Source: Marsupella aquatica
Taxonomy: Eukaryota; Plantae; Marchantiophyta
Direction: 5' to 3'
NCBI GenBank assembly: GCA_973895155.1
Contig: OZ316894.1
Coordinates: 10,092,379 to 10,156,378, forward strand
Length of the DNA stretch: 64,000 nt
Shown: positions 13,461 to 26,244 of the stretch, piece by piece
Layout: every line of letters starts with the position of its first letter
Numbering within the stretch: the first letter of the stretch is position 1
Made by a program: the position numbers and the translations under genes
Notes under the pieces: model-generated
Databases searched by the model: none
Told to the model about the DNA's origin: nothing
The model's input: only the letters and a program-made list of their open reading frames with translations

Positions 13461-14234
13461 GACGAATGAATCACTCGAGCACGGCATTTCTCCGCGTTTT
13501 AATTTTGTGTGTTGATTCAATTGATTAAAAAACTATAGTGATGACAGGTTGGTATGAACTAGAGTCTACACTGTAGACCCCACATAAAGATATACCCCGT
13601 TCTGAAAACATAACCATATTCATATATTTATTTGCAAAAACAGCAGGAAAAACTCAAAATCAATTCTATAGGTAGACTTGTCTGCTTCGAGTATAAAATT
13701 AGGTCACTAGAGGACAGCTCCACAGACCACCACCGCTTCACAAGAACTTGGATTAGAACCCTCCATGACAGCAATTCTTGATTGATTTATAGAGACCAAC
13801 AACAGGACGAGGATTGCTTTGGGAGCGTTAAGTGGTCTGAAGGGAGATCGAATCCGTCAATTCCCATCATCGTAATGATGAAATCTAGCCACGGTTAATT
13901 GGGTCATTGCAAACGCTCCATTATTGGATGCATAGTGTGAGGACTGAGTTGACTCCACGATTGGTGCAAAGGTTTGGGGAACATAGAATCCAGGATATTT
14001 GGCAGAATGATGGGGCCTAAAAGTAAGAAATCGTATCTAGAGCTACTCAAGTAATGTACATACAGTCATGAAAGGGAATGTGACGTGGCACTAGAGGCGT
14101 CCCTCTCAAACCCTTTATTGTAGGGCATCATGCACTTCCCTTCTTCCTAACCATTTTGCACTTTTGTAAGCGCAAAGAGAGTTCCACTACACAACAAATA
14201 TATAAGTGAAAACACTCTAGAATGGTTTATGCAC

Positions 14235-14552
14235 TTTTGTTTTTTTGTTTTTTTGGGCCTTGGAAAACGAAAGCCAGCCCATCGCTTACTTCTTGCTCTG
14301 GAGCAGACTATTTTATGTAGGGTAGCCACAAGGGAACAATATCTAGGGATCCTACAAGGACCCAGTGAGGGTTGAACCAGGGCTCCAAAATGGACCAGCC
14401 AAGGGTTGAGGAGAACCAGGACTCCCACACCACTACACCCCACCCACACATACAGACCCTCCACCCCCTCGCTTGTGGAGGGTGGATTGAACTTAGGACC
14501 TCTTGGTTCTAGGTTAATCCTCAGGCCAACTGACCACACAGCCAATTGGTTG
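14235..14552 (-). mobile_element. tRNA-derived SINE
   Basis: The minus strand begins caaccaattggctgtgtggtcagttggc (A-box-like) ... aagttcaatcc (B-box-like) and ends in an A-rich tail aaaaaaacaaaaaaacaaaa. Perfect 11-bp TSD ggtttatgcac at 14224-14234 and 14553-14563. Confidence 0.85.
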
Positions 14553-17329
14553 GGTTTATGCACACTTGCAGGTAAGCATGCAATCCCACTTACACATCTT
14601 CATAAGTGAAAGTCATTATTACATAGAGTAAAGTTTGCACTTCTGTGGTCCGGGGTCACCAACATCACAAAAGTCGAGTGACTTAGAGCCCATTGCACCT
14701 CAGTGCACTATCAATAAATCAATTGTCTACACTTATGACATAGTGATCCAAGTTTAGTGCACACCTGAGGCTTCATGCAAGGAGTTTGCACTTAGAAAGC
14801 GAGCACTGGATTCTTAAAATGGCTGAGTTTGGATAAGTGGAGTTTGTTGGTGAATCCTACATGGTTCATAGAACTGGAGAGGGGACTGTTGGAGGGATTG
14901 AAGGGTTTCTCATGAGCATGATTGCGAGCTTCTCTGGGGGTTTCATCATTGCAAGCATTTCCTTTTGCGAAGTTGGGGGAGCATGATGTGCAGTCATGAG
15001 CTGAGAGTGGTGCACATTGCTGGATGATTGCCAAACTCACTTGAACACATGTGGAGGAACACTGCACTCACTCTGCCGCCCTTATCCCTCCACATTTTTG
15101 GCCTAGTGATTGTTCACTTTTCCTGTTCTTTCTCTGTTTGTCGTGAAAGCAATTTTTTATTTGACGATAAAGATGCCTAGAGGGAATTAGGAGATTCACC
15201 ACTCTTTGGACCCTTTTGTCTTGAATGCCATTTTTATTTGACAGACAATGCTGAATGGAAAGAGACTCTTTCTATTTATCTTGAAAGCCAAAGGAGAGAC
15301 TAGACCGTCCTACAAAGAGGGGATACGAGCATCTCCAGCTTTTACTCTGATTAGGTGTTTGGCTGAACAAGTAACTAAGATGCAAAAAATCATGTCCAAC
15401 TTATTCACCATAAAGCTTATAAAGTGGATTCAAGATTGTAATCTAAGGTGGTGTGAAACTGATTTCTAGTGCAGAGTAAAGTATCCAGTAAGGGTTGAGG
15501 CAAATGACCATACCAACAATGAAAATGAAGGGTGCTACTACCAATGAACTAAATCAAATGTGTCAGACTAGATATTTCCTCCTCAAAGAAACAAAACCTG
15601 CTAACCTGTGTAGATCTCTAAGCCAAGAGTACTCAGGACCAGACACATCTGGATGAGGGCAAATCCTTTGTTTCCGGATAGTCACAATTTAATCTAGCTT
15701 GTACTCCATCACCCTATTATCCTATTCACCGTGCACACAAAGTGTTTGTCTTCTCTAGACCTCTTTGGTAATACTGCATTGTTCTTTGTTCTGCGCTTTT
15801 GTTGGAAATCACGCGTTGTTCTTGAGTAAAGTGTCCTTTTTGGTAATCACGCTTTATTGCTAATTAAAGTGCTCCTTTTTCCGTAATCACGATTTTGTTT
15901 TTGTTGACGAAAGTGTCCTTTTTCGGTAATAACGCTTTAATGTGGAGGAAAGTGTTCATGTTGGTCCCACTCTTTGACGCTTTATAGTTGAGCAATGTGA
16001 TGATTCCAGATGGAAAAACACTCTCTGGTTCACGGAGAGGAGTCCCTGAAAATGTTTTTATTGCCTTGTCAGAAGAGTTTTGCCTCGTGTCCAGAACTTG
16101 CTGCCCAAACCCATGGTGCGTGGTGAAGCCGCACAATCTGTACAAGAGAGTCCAGTAAATCAGCCAAGAAGAATAGATTCTCTCTCCATGAGGAACTTGA
16201 AGCCAGAATGGCCCTCATCTTGGTGGGGAAACTCAACTGGACCATCTAAGAGCATCTCACATGTTACTGGGTTGTCTACTATAATACTATGTGGACCAAA
16301 CTCAGTAAGGTGGAACAAAAAAGGCAACCCCAATGGTTTACTGTAAGGCTGTTCACTTCTTACTTTACTTGAGTTTTTGGTTACTGAATCTATATATGAG
16401 TTGCTCTATAGGACATTGACTGAATACAGTATTCATTCCTGGGTATGCCAAGATCTAATGATTATTATCCAAGGGTGCAAAGTTACTAAAAAACCCACTA
16501 ACCATTGGGTTTGCTTTTTGACATATCAATCCTTGCTGTCTATAATATACAAAAAAAATCATTTATTTACATTGTATTTAATGTATACACTAAGCAAATA
16601 GCGTACTGCGTTGAAGATGCTCTAAGCCCAAATGGACATAATTACCTGTATTTCAATGGGTTGAACAGGTCAAAGCATTACTATCACCTAGCCCGTGTTC
16701 AACAGTTCATACTGGAAATGCATTGCCTGTTTACATGCTCCTGCTGGTCTAACATTGGGTTAAGCCGTCAACCTCACTGCCTTTTGTGATTCTGATCTTG
16801 CTATGGTGTGATACAAAGCTCTTGGAAATATAGGTACCCAAGGTAAAATGTTGTGGCCACCCAACTGTACCCTGCTTTGTAGCTGTCCAGACAGGTCTTT
16901 TAAGACTCGGAACCATGATTTACCAGCCGTTGTCTGAGAAATTGTGAGAGAACAAAATAGGTTTTGCCCTACTGCCATCCCCAACACATTGCCAGGGCAT
17001 TCTGTTCAAAAATGGAAACTTTTGGGTCAAGTGACAAAAAACACATTTGAACCTCTTGTGTTTGAGTTGGACAATGTGTTAGTTTCAGTTTTGAGCCTTA
17101 ACTGTTCTACATTGATCACAAACAATAAAAATTTGTGAAATTGATGACAGTGCCAATATTTGAACACAACGTCTTGAAACTACAGAAAGTGAAAATACAT
17201 GGTAATTAATTTTTAATGACTGGGGCCATTATTGCCCCATGGCCCACTATTTGACTACTAGGCCATGTTATGAAAATGAACGGTTTAACACAACTATGAG
17301 TGTAGGAGTGTTCAGTGTTGTGTGGCAAT

Positions 17330-17584
17330 CCCTTAGTCACCTGAAAATGACATTCCCATGGATCACAATACTGGTCTTTGAAAACCCCCATATATCACAA
17401 TTGTAATAACTTGATGTTCATATATTCAAATATTTTTTAGCCTTTGAGTAATGTGCTAGAGGAGTAGGTAAGCACTTCCATCAAAATAACAGGTTGAGTT
17501 ATTCATCATGGAATGCTGAGGGGTAAATTGATTAGATTGATTTTTGTTGAGTTGATATGAAACTTTAGGGCTTCTATTTTTACA
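17330..17584 (+). repeat. Dispersed repeat family, copy A left part (resumes at 20637-20800 after the Helitron)
   Basis: cccatgga...ggtctttgaaaaccccca...taataacttgat...attcatcatg is shared with 24335-24790, 29205-29403 and, inverted, ~39260-39315. Confidence 0.65.
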
Positions 17585-17607
17585 CTAACTCAATACCCGT
17601 GCGTTGC

Positions 17608-18900
17608 ACAAAAGATGTCGTGACGGCCAAGATGTTGTTGAGAACAAAAGAGGTCATGTCGGCCAAGAGGTTGTTGAGAAGAAAGATGTTGTGTCGCCCA
17701 AGAAATTTTTGAGAACAAAAGATGTCGTGTCGGCAAGATGTTGATGATAAAAAAAATATGTCGTGTCGGCCAAGATGTCGTTGAGAACAAAAGATGTCGT
17801 GTCAACTAAGATGTCATGTCGGCCAAGATTATGTTGAGAAAAAAGATGTCGTGTCGACCAAGAGGTTGTTGAGAAAAAAAGTTGTATTGGCCAAGAGGTC
17901 GTTGAGAAAAATGATGTCGTGTTGGCCAAGATCTCATTGATAAAAAAGATGTCGTGTGACCGGTCAAGAAATCATTGAGATAAAGGATCTTGTGTTGGCA
18001 AATCTTGAAGTCGTTGAGAAAAAAGATGTCATGTCGGCCAAGACGTCGTTGAGAGAAAATATGTTGTGTCGGGCAAGACATCATTATGAAAAAAGAGTCG
18101 TGTCGGCCAAGACGTCGTTGAGAAAACAGATGTCGTGTTGGCCAAGACATCATTGAGGAAAAATATCAGTGCATTGCACAAAAGATGTTGTGTCGCCCAA
18201 GATGTTGTTATCTGAAAGATGTCATGAAGTAAAAAGATGTCGTTAAGAAAAAAGAAGTCATTTTTCCAAAGATGTCATTATGTGAAAGATGGCGTTAAGA
18301 AAAAGGTGTCATTTTGCCAAACTAAGTGATTGTGAAGTAAAAGATGTTATAAATAAAAAGGTGTCGTTTCACCCAATATGTCATTAATATGTGAAAGATG
18401 GCTCAATACCCGTGCGTTGCACAAAAGATGTCATTAAGAAAAAATATGTTGTGTTGCCAAAAGATGTTGTCATGAAAAAAGGTGATGTTGCCAACAATTT
18501 TGTTAAGTAAAAACACGTTGTGTTGTCAAAGATTTTTTTAAATAAAAAGATGTCATGTTGCCAAAGATGTCGTTAAGAAAAAAGATGTCATGTTGCCAAA
18601 GAAGTTGTTAATATGTGAAAGATGTTGTGAAGTAAAAAGATGTCATTAAGAACTATGATGTCGTGATGCCAAATTAAGGTGTCGTGAAGAAAAAATGTTC
18701 TTATGTGAAAAATGTTGTGAAGTAAAAGATGTCGTTGCACCAAAGATGTCTTTATGTCCAAGATGTTGTCAGGTAAAAGATGATGTTTCACGAAAGATGT
18801 TATTAAGTATTTTTTTGTTAAGTACAAAATGGTCGATAAGTAAAGGGATGTCATTAGACAAAGATGTAAGTTGTGAAGTAAAAGATGTTCTTAAGTACAA
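17608..18900. repeat. Minisatellite, ~30-36 bp unit (aaaagatgtcgtgtcggccaagatgtcgttgagaa), degenerating rightwards
   Basis: Many consecutive copies are visible. They give rise to the low-complexity ORFs at 17590-18156. Confidence 0.92.
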
Positions 18901-18961
18901 TTGAAAATATTGCTAGTAAACCATGTTAAGTAAAAAAAGTTGTTAAGTTGTTGCCACTTTT

Positions 18962-19505
18962 TTGCCACCCCTTGCATCCTGAAGCCCCATTGATAAACCC
19001 AAAGTTTTTGTTACTTTAAGCTTTTTACTTAAAGTTACCATGGCTGCTTACTTGGCTTTGGCCGCCCCAATGCCGAGCGGGATGCCAAGACCCCTTGGGA
19101 TAATGACACGGCTTGGCTGACTTTTCAACAACTCTTCACTACCCCTTGCATCTTAGAACCCCATTGGGCCCAAAGTTTTGGCTACCTTAGAGTTCTTACT
19201 TAAAGTCGCCGCAATAGCTTAATTGGCATTGGCCGCCCCAATGTCAAGACCCCCTCGAGTAACGGAGCAGCTTGGCTGACTTTTCAACGGCCCTTTCCCT
19301 ACCCTTGCATATATCTTGGAACCCCATCAGTAACCCCAATTTTTTTGGTTACTTTAAGCTTAGTTTGCTTAAAGTTGACCGTGGCCGCTTACTTGGCTGT
19401 GGCCGCCCCAATGCCAATTCCCCTTGGGGCAACGGCACGACTCAGCCCACTTTTCAACAAAACAATTTGCCTACCCCTTGCATGGAACCCCTTTGGTAAC
19501 CTCAT
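18962..19505. repeat. Tandem repeat, ~3.2 copies of a ~170-bp unit inside the Helitron
   Basis: acccct tgcat..gaacccca...cttaaagtt...ggccgccccaatg at ~18965, ~19140, ~19300 and ~19474. Confidence 0.85.
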
Positions 19506-20899
19506 CCAAGTTTACTCGGCTCCTTACTCGCCAATACCATGCCCCCCTGGGGTGGTGGTGTGGTTTGCAACACTTTCCAACATTAGAGGACCTGCCACCC
19601 CCGGACCAACTTTAGTCCAGATATTTTGGCCCCCACCCCATGCCTCTTCCTGTGCTAAACAGTGGCAAGACATAATTAACAACAACTGAGGGGTTGTTGG
19701 GGAGTTGGAACCCGGGGCAAGATTGAGTTAGGTTGGGGATGGGACCTTGGGGTCTCGGGTTTCATTCCACCCCGGGATGTTGGGTCTAGCATTTTTTACA
19801 ACATTATTTTTTTGTTTTTGGCCAGTGTGACAAATGTCAGCCTCTCAAAGGAAGGAAATGCTAGGAGTATTCTTCAACAATTTTTCTTGAATTATATCTT
19901 TTTCATCAGATATCCCTAGATTGATGTACAACGGTTAGATTTTGGCAAATGGGGTCCATGATTTGGTGGGAGAGTGGCCAATGGTATGAATCTAGCAATT
20001 TTTTGGCAAAAGTGACGGAAAAAGTGGTGAACATATTTTGGGGAGGTGGAATTTGGCAAAAGTTTGCACCTACAAACTACGTTGTTTGGATGAGGCCAGG
20101 GCCAGGGTAGTCTCAGGAGTCATCATCCCTTCCTCTTCACTCTCCCTCATCGCTCTCCCTCTTCTAGCTATTGGGTAATGGGTATTGCTCCTCTTCACAC
20201 TCCCTCTTCTTGCCATTGGGTAGTTGTTGTTGCTTAAAAGTACTCATTAAATGCCTGGAGCCCTTGTAAGCTCACATAGGCTTGGAATAGAGAGCTCCAA
20301 ACTCCAAAAGGAAAGAAGCTACACTCTTCCCTCTCTCTTAAAAGTTGTACTCTGATGGTACAATTGTACCTCCTTTTACAGGACCTCTATCCCCTTTGTA
20401 CCTTGTACCTGGGGCTCCTAAGAATAATGAGCTCATATGTTGTATCTTGTGCATCTTTGTGTACTTGTTTTGTGCACACCAAACCCTGTACCAGGTTTTC
20501 TCATGTTCCTTTTTTTCCCCCCTCTCCTTATTGGTTTCATATTTACAGGTTTCAATTATTCTCACCCAAAAGGACACTCCAAATTTGAATGACGACCACG
20601 CCATTTTTTGGCGCAACTGTGTATTATAGTTTAGGATATCTTCTTTCTCTAGTTGCCTTGCCAATAAAATATAATTTATTTTTATAAGTTCATAATCATC
20701 AAATTGTAAGACCAAAATTCACATAGATCACCATAATGTGCTTCACAAGAGCACTTTGTCCAGCCAAATCTATGCGGGCTTCATTTTCCATGGACCTGGT
20801 TAATTTAATTATATTGAATGTTCTACAATAATAAGTGAAGAATTTCTACAATAAAACTTTTTCAACCAGGTTCTTTCCGTGATGAGTGATGACAGTAGT

Positions 20900-22560
20900 C
20901 ACACCCGTACCATGCTGCCAGAGGAAAAAAAGATGTGCTCCAGGAGCACTGTCCTTACCCACATAATACATTCCTAATGATCACATCTACTCACGAGTCG
21001 TTCGTGCAATAGGCATGTGTTCCTTGGAATTTTCTTGTCTAAATTATGCTGGCCTTTAAGGCCTTCCCATTCCATCCTCGTGAAGAAGTGACAATCAGAG
21101 TATTTCTGGGATTATTTGCTGCATTTATTAAGTCGTGACGATCAGATTATTACTGGGATTAATTGCTGCATTTATAAACTACGTCGACGGTCAAACTATC
21201 GCATTAACTCAGACTGCTGGCCCAGTAACTCTTGGGTACCATAGTTTGTCATCTGTTGAGGCAAATAATAAATAGGTTCTAAAAGTTAATGTCAAATGCC
21301 AAAATTTGAGAAAATGACTTTCTCATGGACGGAGTCAATTAATTTACGCAATACTTACGACCGGAGCATAACCCCTTACATCGTGACTTATTTACATCAT
21401 TCTCCTTATAAAAAATGTAACATGCCTTCCACTAACTCCCTTTCTATGTAGAAAAAGGGTCTCTTCCGGGGTAGTTAAAAGAGGTTGGGAATGTCTTTCT
21501 ACCAGTCTAAGAAATAAATGATATTCCTTTAAGTTTTTATTTGAAAGGTTGACTTGGCTGTTTTGCAATCTTGCATGTGAGAATGCACATACTGTAGTTA
21601 GTATTTAAGCACAAAACCTCCATAAACTCTGTCGATATGTATTTGGGGAGAAAGTTGCTTAGAGGGACACCAAACCATATTTGGGGAGATAATAATTTGC
21701 AGACTTACACTGAACAGTGGGTGTCCATCAATGAGGTTCTGGATTCTTTCTCGCCCGACCCAGTGTGCTTGTCTGGATGTCATTCGGTCGGTTTGACTTA
21801 TTTCCCTTACTTTGATGCTTGACTCGAGGCATTCGCCTTGTAGTCTGCCAGAGTGCTAGGCTCAATACTGAATCAAGTGCCACTCAAGAGCAGCGAGGTC
21901 CCTGGCAGCCCGAGTTTTCACTGGCATCTCAATCGTTCATACCGCATTCTTGTCGTGAGATTCTAGCTATTGACTCGGAGAATAAAGGTTCCCTAGCCTC
22001 TGGTTGGAAACATGGAATGTTGCTTGAGAATATTTGAGAAAGAGGAGACCAACCGCACTTTACTCTTGTGTGGAAGTATCTGCAAGCTCCGTTGGCGATT
22101 TTTGAATTGAATGTCGTAATGTCGGTCAGACTGACCCAGGACTGAATGACCTCTCAAGTACTAATCAGCATCCCTGCCCACATGTCTTGAGTGGACGATG
22201 GGCTCGAGGACCTACAATAAGACACCTGAGTACCGCAGTAAGTTACACAGCACACCAACGTGCTATAAACTTGTGTGACTTTATTACCTCCCATCCATGA
22301 ATGACCGGTCAAGAATGTAAGAGAGACTTGATGCACTGTAAAGCTAATGATGCCCCCGCTGAATGAGTTGTCCTTTGCCTCGAAAAATTCCCAAGAATTC
22401 CACTCAGTGGAATCCTTCCTCCATCAGTTTGGACCATTTTATATCCTAGTATGAAACTCTGAGCTTCTCGGGATCCTCGTGTGAAAGAGTTTACATAATT
22501 GCAGACAAAGGAAGAGAAGAGTTACTTACGTATGCATAATGCATTGGACGATGGCATATC
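20900..22560 (-). pseudogene. Possible decayed class-1 KNOX (MEINOX) gene relic
   Basis: The minus strand shows splice-like junctions. It reads RERIQNLIDGHPLFS (21753-21709, cf. KNOX1-domain KAKIxxHPxY), then HSHMQDCK (cf. AYMDCQK), then cag|MTNYGTQELLGQQSELMR*FD (~21252-21190, cf. MEAYCxMLxKYREELxRPFD). The homeodomain is not convincingly seen. Confidence 0.3.
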
Positions 22561-24022
22561 GACAACCGAGATCAGCACGTCAGAGAATGATGAATCGAAA
22601 CTGCTGAGAGTGCGAGCTGGCGAGCTCAGTCCCTCGTGGGACCGCCCTTTTTCATAGGAATCATGTCTGTCCGTCTACCCAGAATCACTCATGATTACCA
22701 CTCCGAGCATCCCCTCTTTAACAATTCACGTGTGTGCTTCACCACTTCCTCGCCACGAATGCAGACATTCGATTCGACTCTATCTAAGACAGTAAAGTCA
22801 CTTAGCAAAGTTTTGATGCTTCCAGTCTTGTAAAATAATTATGCCCACTAATACGTCGTTATCGTTCGCCAATCATCCAAAATAATCATGCCCACAAAAG
22901 CGTCGTTGGCATCATTGCAAAAGCGAGCACGATCTTTATCAATGATGGAATATTTATGAAATTTTTCACACAAGGCAGATCCGTGATCTACATCGTTCGT
23001 CTAGAGTGGCCCAAGATTGTGTAATGCTTCTACTGTATTTATTCTAGATTCGATTCGATTACTCCTATTGCATTGCAGTGAATTTTCTATAATATGAGCC
23101 CCTGGTGTTGCTCGTGGTACACCGTCATTGTGAAAAGATTGTGGTCCGCCTGCCATCTGTGCATGATAAGTATGGCACCGGATGGATGGGGTACTTTGTT
23201 CTCGAAGACAAAACCAGTATGGTCTCAAATCCTTTAGGGGTTAGGTCTTCTGTCATGTGGAGTTTAGAGGTAGTAAACTGGGCTGTTATCATAATGTTCA
23301 TTATTGTTGTGTTGATAATCTTCATCAATGCATTACACAAAGGACATATCTGTTCATAGATCTCCCCCACAACAAATTCTTTGCTCTATTTCGTTGATAC
23401 CATTTTGCTAAATCTACACACTTGGGTTCAAAATTTATTAAATGTTTTGAACCTTTAAACCACACTACCATTGATGACAGCCAAGAATCCAAACATTTGT
23501 AAAATTCTTCAAATTGTTTAAAATGTTTGTCCTTTTAAATTTGAGTTGCCTTTGCTTCCACTTCTAGCAAATGAAGAGACATTGCATTATGTATCTTCAA
23601 CAAGGTAACGAGGAACATATGCATGATTTGAAATGGATACACAAGAATAAACAATAAAATATCAAGAATGATAGATACAGATGTTGAATTCTTATATACC
23701 TTCTTGTGGGCTTTCCTATCAAGTATCGTGACCACATCCTAAATCCATGTGGGACTACTTCTCAAATTGGGACACGCTCCATCCAGTGGTGGTAACCTGT
23801 AACCACAGCTTCACTTATAAGAGCTATTGGTACCCAAAGCTCTCATTGTACACATTACACTCAAGGAGGAATGGGCAAGAGTATTGCTAAGCTCCACACA
23901 TTTTGGTCCCCCTGCTAGCATCAATCTTACTACTAATTTGCATGCATAGGGTACAATTGGAGTCTAGTCTTCTAGGGTGAATACTCTAGACCTTAACTCC
24001 AGGAACCACCAAATGTAAGTGG

Positions 24023-24196
24023 ATGGACAGGATGGGATGTATTTTATGTCAAGATGGTGATGCATACTTATTTCTGTCATCCTCTCTATTGTAATTCAAA
24101 GGAAAGAAATATGGACAGGATGGGATGTATTACATATGAAGATGATGATGCAAACTTACTTTGGCATTCTCTCTATTGTAATTCAAATGAAAGAAT
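24023..24196. repeat. Tandem duplication, 2 x ~88 bp
   Basis: atggacaggatgggatgtatt...ctctctattgtaattcaaa..aaagaa at 24023 and 24111. Confidence 0.85.
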
Positions 24197-24334
24197 GACA
24201 TTCATACTCATGAGCACTAACTAAGCACAAAGGGACGCTTTCATATGGGCCTGTGTGGTTGAGTATTTCACTAACCAAACCCAACAGTAAAACCTTCTAT
24301 TTAGTTTGATGAAATCAAAAGTCTGGAAACAATG

Positions 24335-24790
24335 CTCCCATGGACCCCTGCGCAGGTCTTTCAAAACCCCCATGGACCATATGTCCCAAAATTTTAATTT
24401 AAGTCTAATAACTTGATATCAATGGATTCAAATATTTTAGGTTTGAGTATGTGTTAGAGAATTAGTAAGCTATATTTTCATCACAGTGACATTGAATGTT
24501 CTGTTATTTTGGTCCAATTATTCATCATGAACTAAATAGAAATAAACTATATTAGTTTAATTTTCATTATGTTAATATTAAATATTAATGTTATTTTAAT
24601 AATGTCTCCTTCTTCGCTAGTTGTCTTGTAGGTAAAATTTTAAAGTTATTTCAAGATTCGTAATCAAGACAAAACTTTCGTAGACTATAAAAATGTGATA
24701 CACGGGAGCACCATGTTAAACATGGTGGACCATGCGTGTTTCACTTACTTCTGGGAACAAATGAGAATAACTTTTCGCCATGGATACTTG
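24335..24790 (+). repeat. Dispersed repeat family, copy B (uninterrupted)
   Basis: Colinear with 17330-17584 + 20637-20800 and with 29205-29403 + 29908-30130, e.g. gggagcac...catggtgg.ccat. Confidence 0.65.
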
Positions 24791-25603
24791 CAACCAGACT
24801 AGAGCAGTAGAGTCGACACTCGACATGTCCGGACACGTAATTTAATGCGCGCCTCTAATTTGGGCTGACACACATAATAAAATAGAGAGCAGGGCTCGAT
24901 ACGCTCACAGCACCCAAGGAATGGGGGCAGAGGAGAAGCGGTCCGGGCCCACCGCGAGGCGAGCCCACTGCCTCCCACGTCCTCAATTGCGCATGTTTTT
25001 GTTAAGCCCAATTAAACGCGTGTCCCACTCCGTTAACCCCATTGAACGGCGCATGTGGAAATTAATTGACGAAGGCAACCCGTCATCAGGTACACACAAC
25101 AATACTCTAATTTAGTAATTTAAGCGCAACTGTGTAAGAACGGTTAATTTAATGCAGGACATGCATGAGAACACTGCACGGTCCAGATCCTTCCCTCTGA
25201 GGCAAGGCACGTCTTGCACCGTCCATCTTGACGCTGAAAAGTACGAGAAGCATCAACAGCGTATAAACATGAGTGCAGTGGTGTTAAGTGTGTTTAACAT
25301 TCTCAAAGAGAATCCTAAAAGTGGTGTTAAGTGTGTTTAACATTCTCAAGGAGAATCCTAAAGGCGAATCTACGTTTACAAGAAATCAATCAATACTCAT
25401 GCTATGTGTGAAATGACGCACGAGAAAAAATATCGAGCACTGAAATTTTCCGTTTAATCGAAGTTGCATGAATGCTTCGAGAAAGTTGCTACAGATCCAA
25501 AATTGGTCCCTGACAAGTTTGGATTGCTTTTCTTAATTTGACCTTGGTTAATTATCTATAGTCAAGGTGGGTTAAAGCATGGGTTCAAACACGTAAGCAA
25601 AGA

Positions 25604-26244
25604 GAGAGATTTTCTTGGTGGGACCTTGAATGAAAATTGTCAACTTAACCAGCCCCCAAAACTCCAAAATGGCCTGGTGGGACCTCGAACATATGTTGGA
25701 TCGGGTTTAGTAAGGAATTGTCGGGCCCGACAATGCTCGCCTCACAGGGTTGACCCATCAGTGTAAACGATCCTCACAGACTCGCAGCCCAGCCCAGCCC
25801 AGCCCAGAGTGCAGCTTCAATGCACAACTTCTACTCCTCACAATCCAGGAAAATGTATCAACATTGCGTCCTTTGCATCACTCCGGATGCGCGTCCATCC
25901 TCTCCTCTCAGTGCAGTGCAGCTTCGACCCCCCCGCAATCTAGCACGATGTATGCACATTGGGTTGAAAATGGCACCCAACTTTCACTTGGAAAGTCCTG
26001 GGCCTTGCTCCCGTGAGCGTTGCAGTGGGGGTCCTATTAGGTACATAGGGAGTTGTGTCTCCTCTCACCCCAAAGTAAATTTTGCTGTTCTTCACCTGGG
26101 TAAGGTGTCAAAGATCTGCATGGCCAGGCAATTTCTTAGTAAACCTGCTCCAGCATATTTTTGAGGTTCCACGGGCCATTTTGGACTTTTGGGGACTGGT
26201 TAAGTAGGCAACTTTCATTCAAGGTCCCACCAAGCAAATTTCTC
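25604..26244. mobile_element. Non-autonomous Mutator-like element
   Basis: ~125-bp TIRs (gagagattttcttggtgggaccttgaatgaaa... / ...tttcattcaaggtcccaccaagcaaatttctc). 10-bp TSD taagcaaaga / ttagcaaaga. Confidence 0.88.

Larger units (their letters stand above)
17585..20636 (-). mobile_element. Non-autonomous Helitron (~3.05 kb) carrying internal tandem repeats
   Basis: Minus-strand 5' end TCCTAAACTATAATAC at 20636. The 3' end reads gtgcaacgcac hairpin + gggtattgagTTAG at 17585. It is inserted between A and T with no TSD, and the host repeat resumes at 20637. A second 3'-end hairpin lies at ~18402-18425. No RepHel ORF. Confidence 0.8.

Noticed and set aside
14470-14552. tRNA gene
   Set aside because: A/B boxes are present but there is no convincing cloverleaf; the body, A-tail and TSD indicate a SINE.
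17608-18900. Regular ~30-36 bp repeats resembling a CRISPR array
   Set aside because: There are no unique spacers and no cas genes, the context is eukaryotic, and the array is a degenerate minisatellite inside a Helitron.
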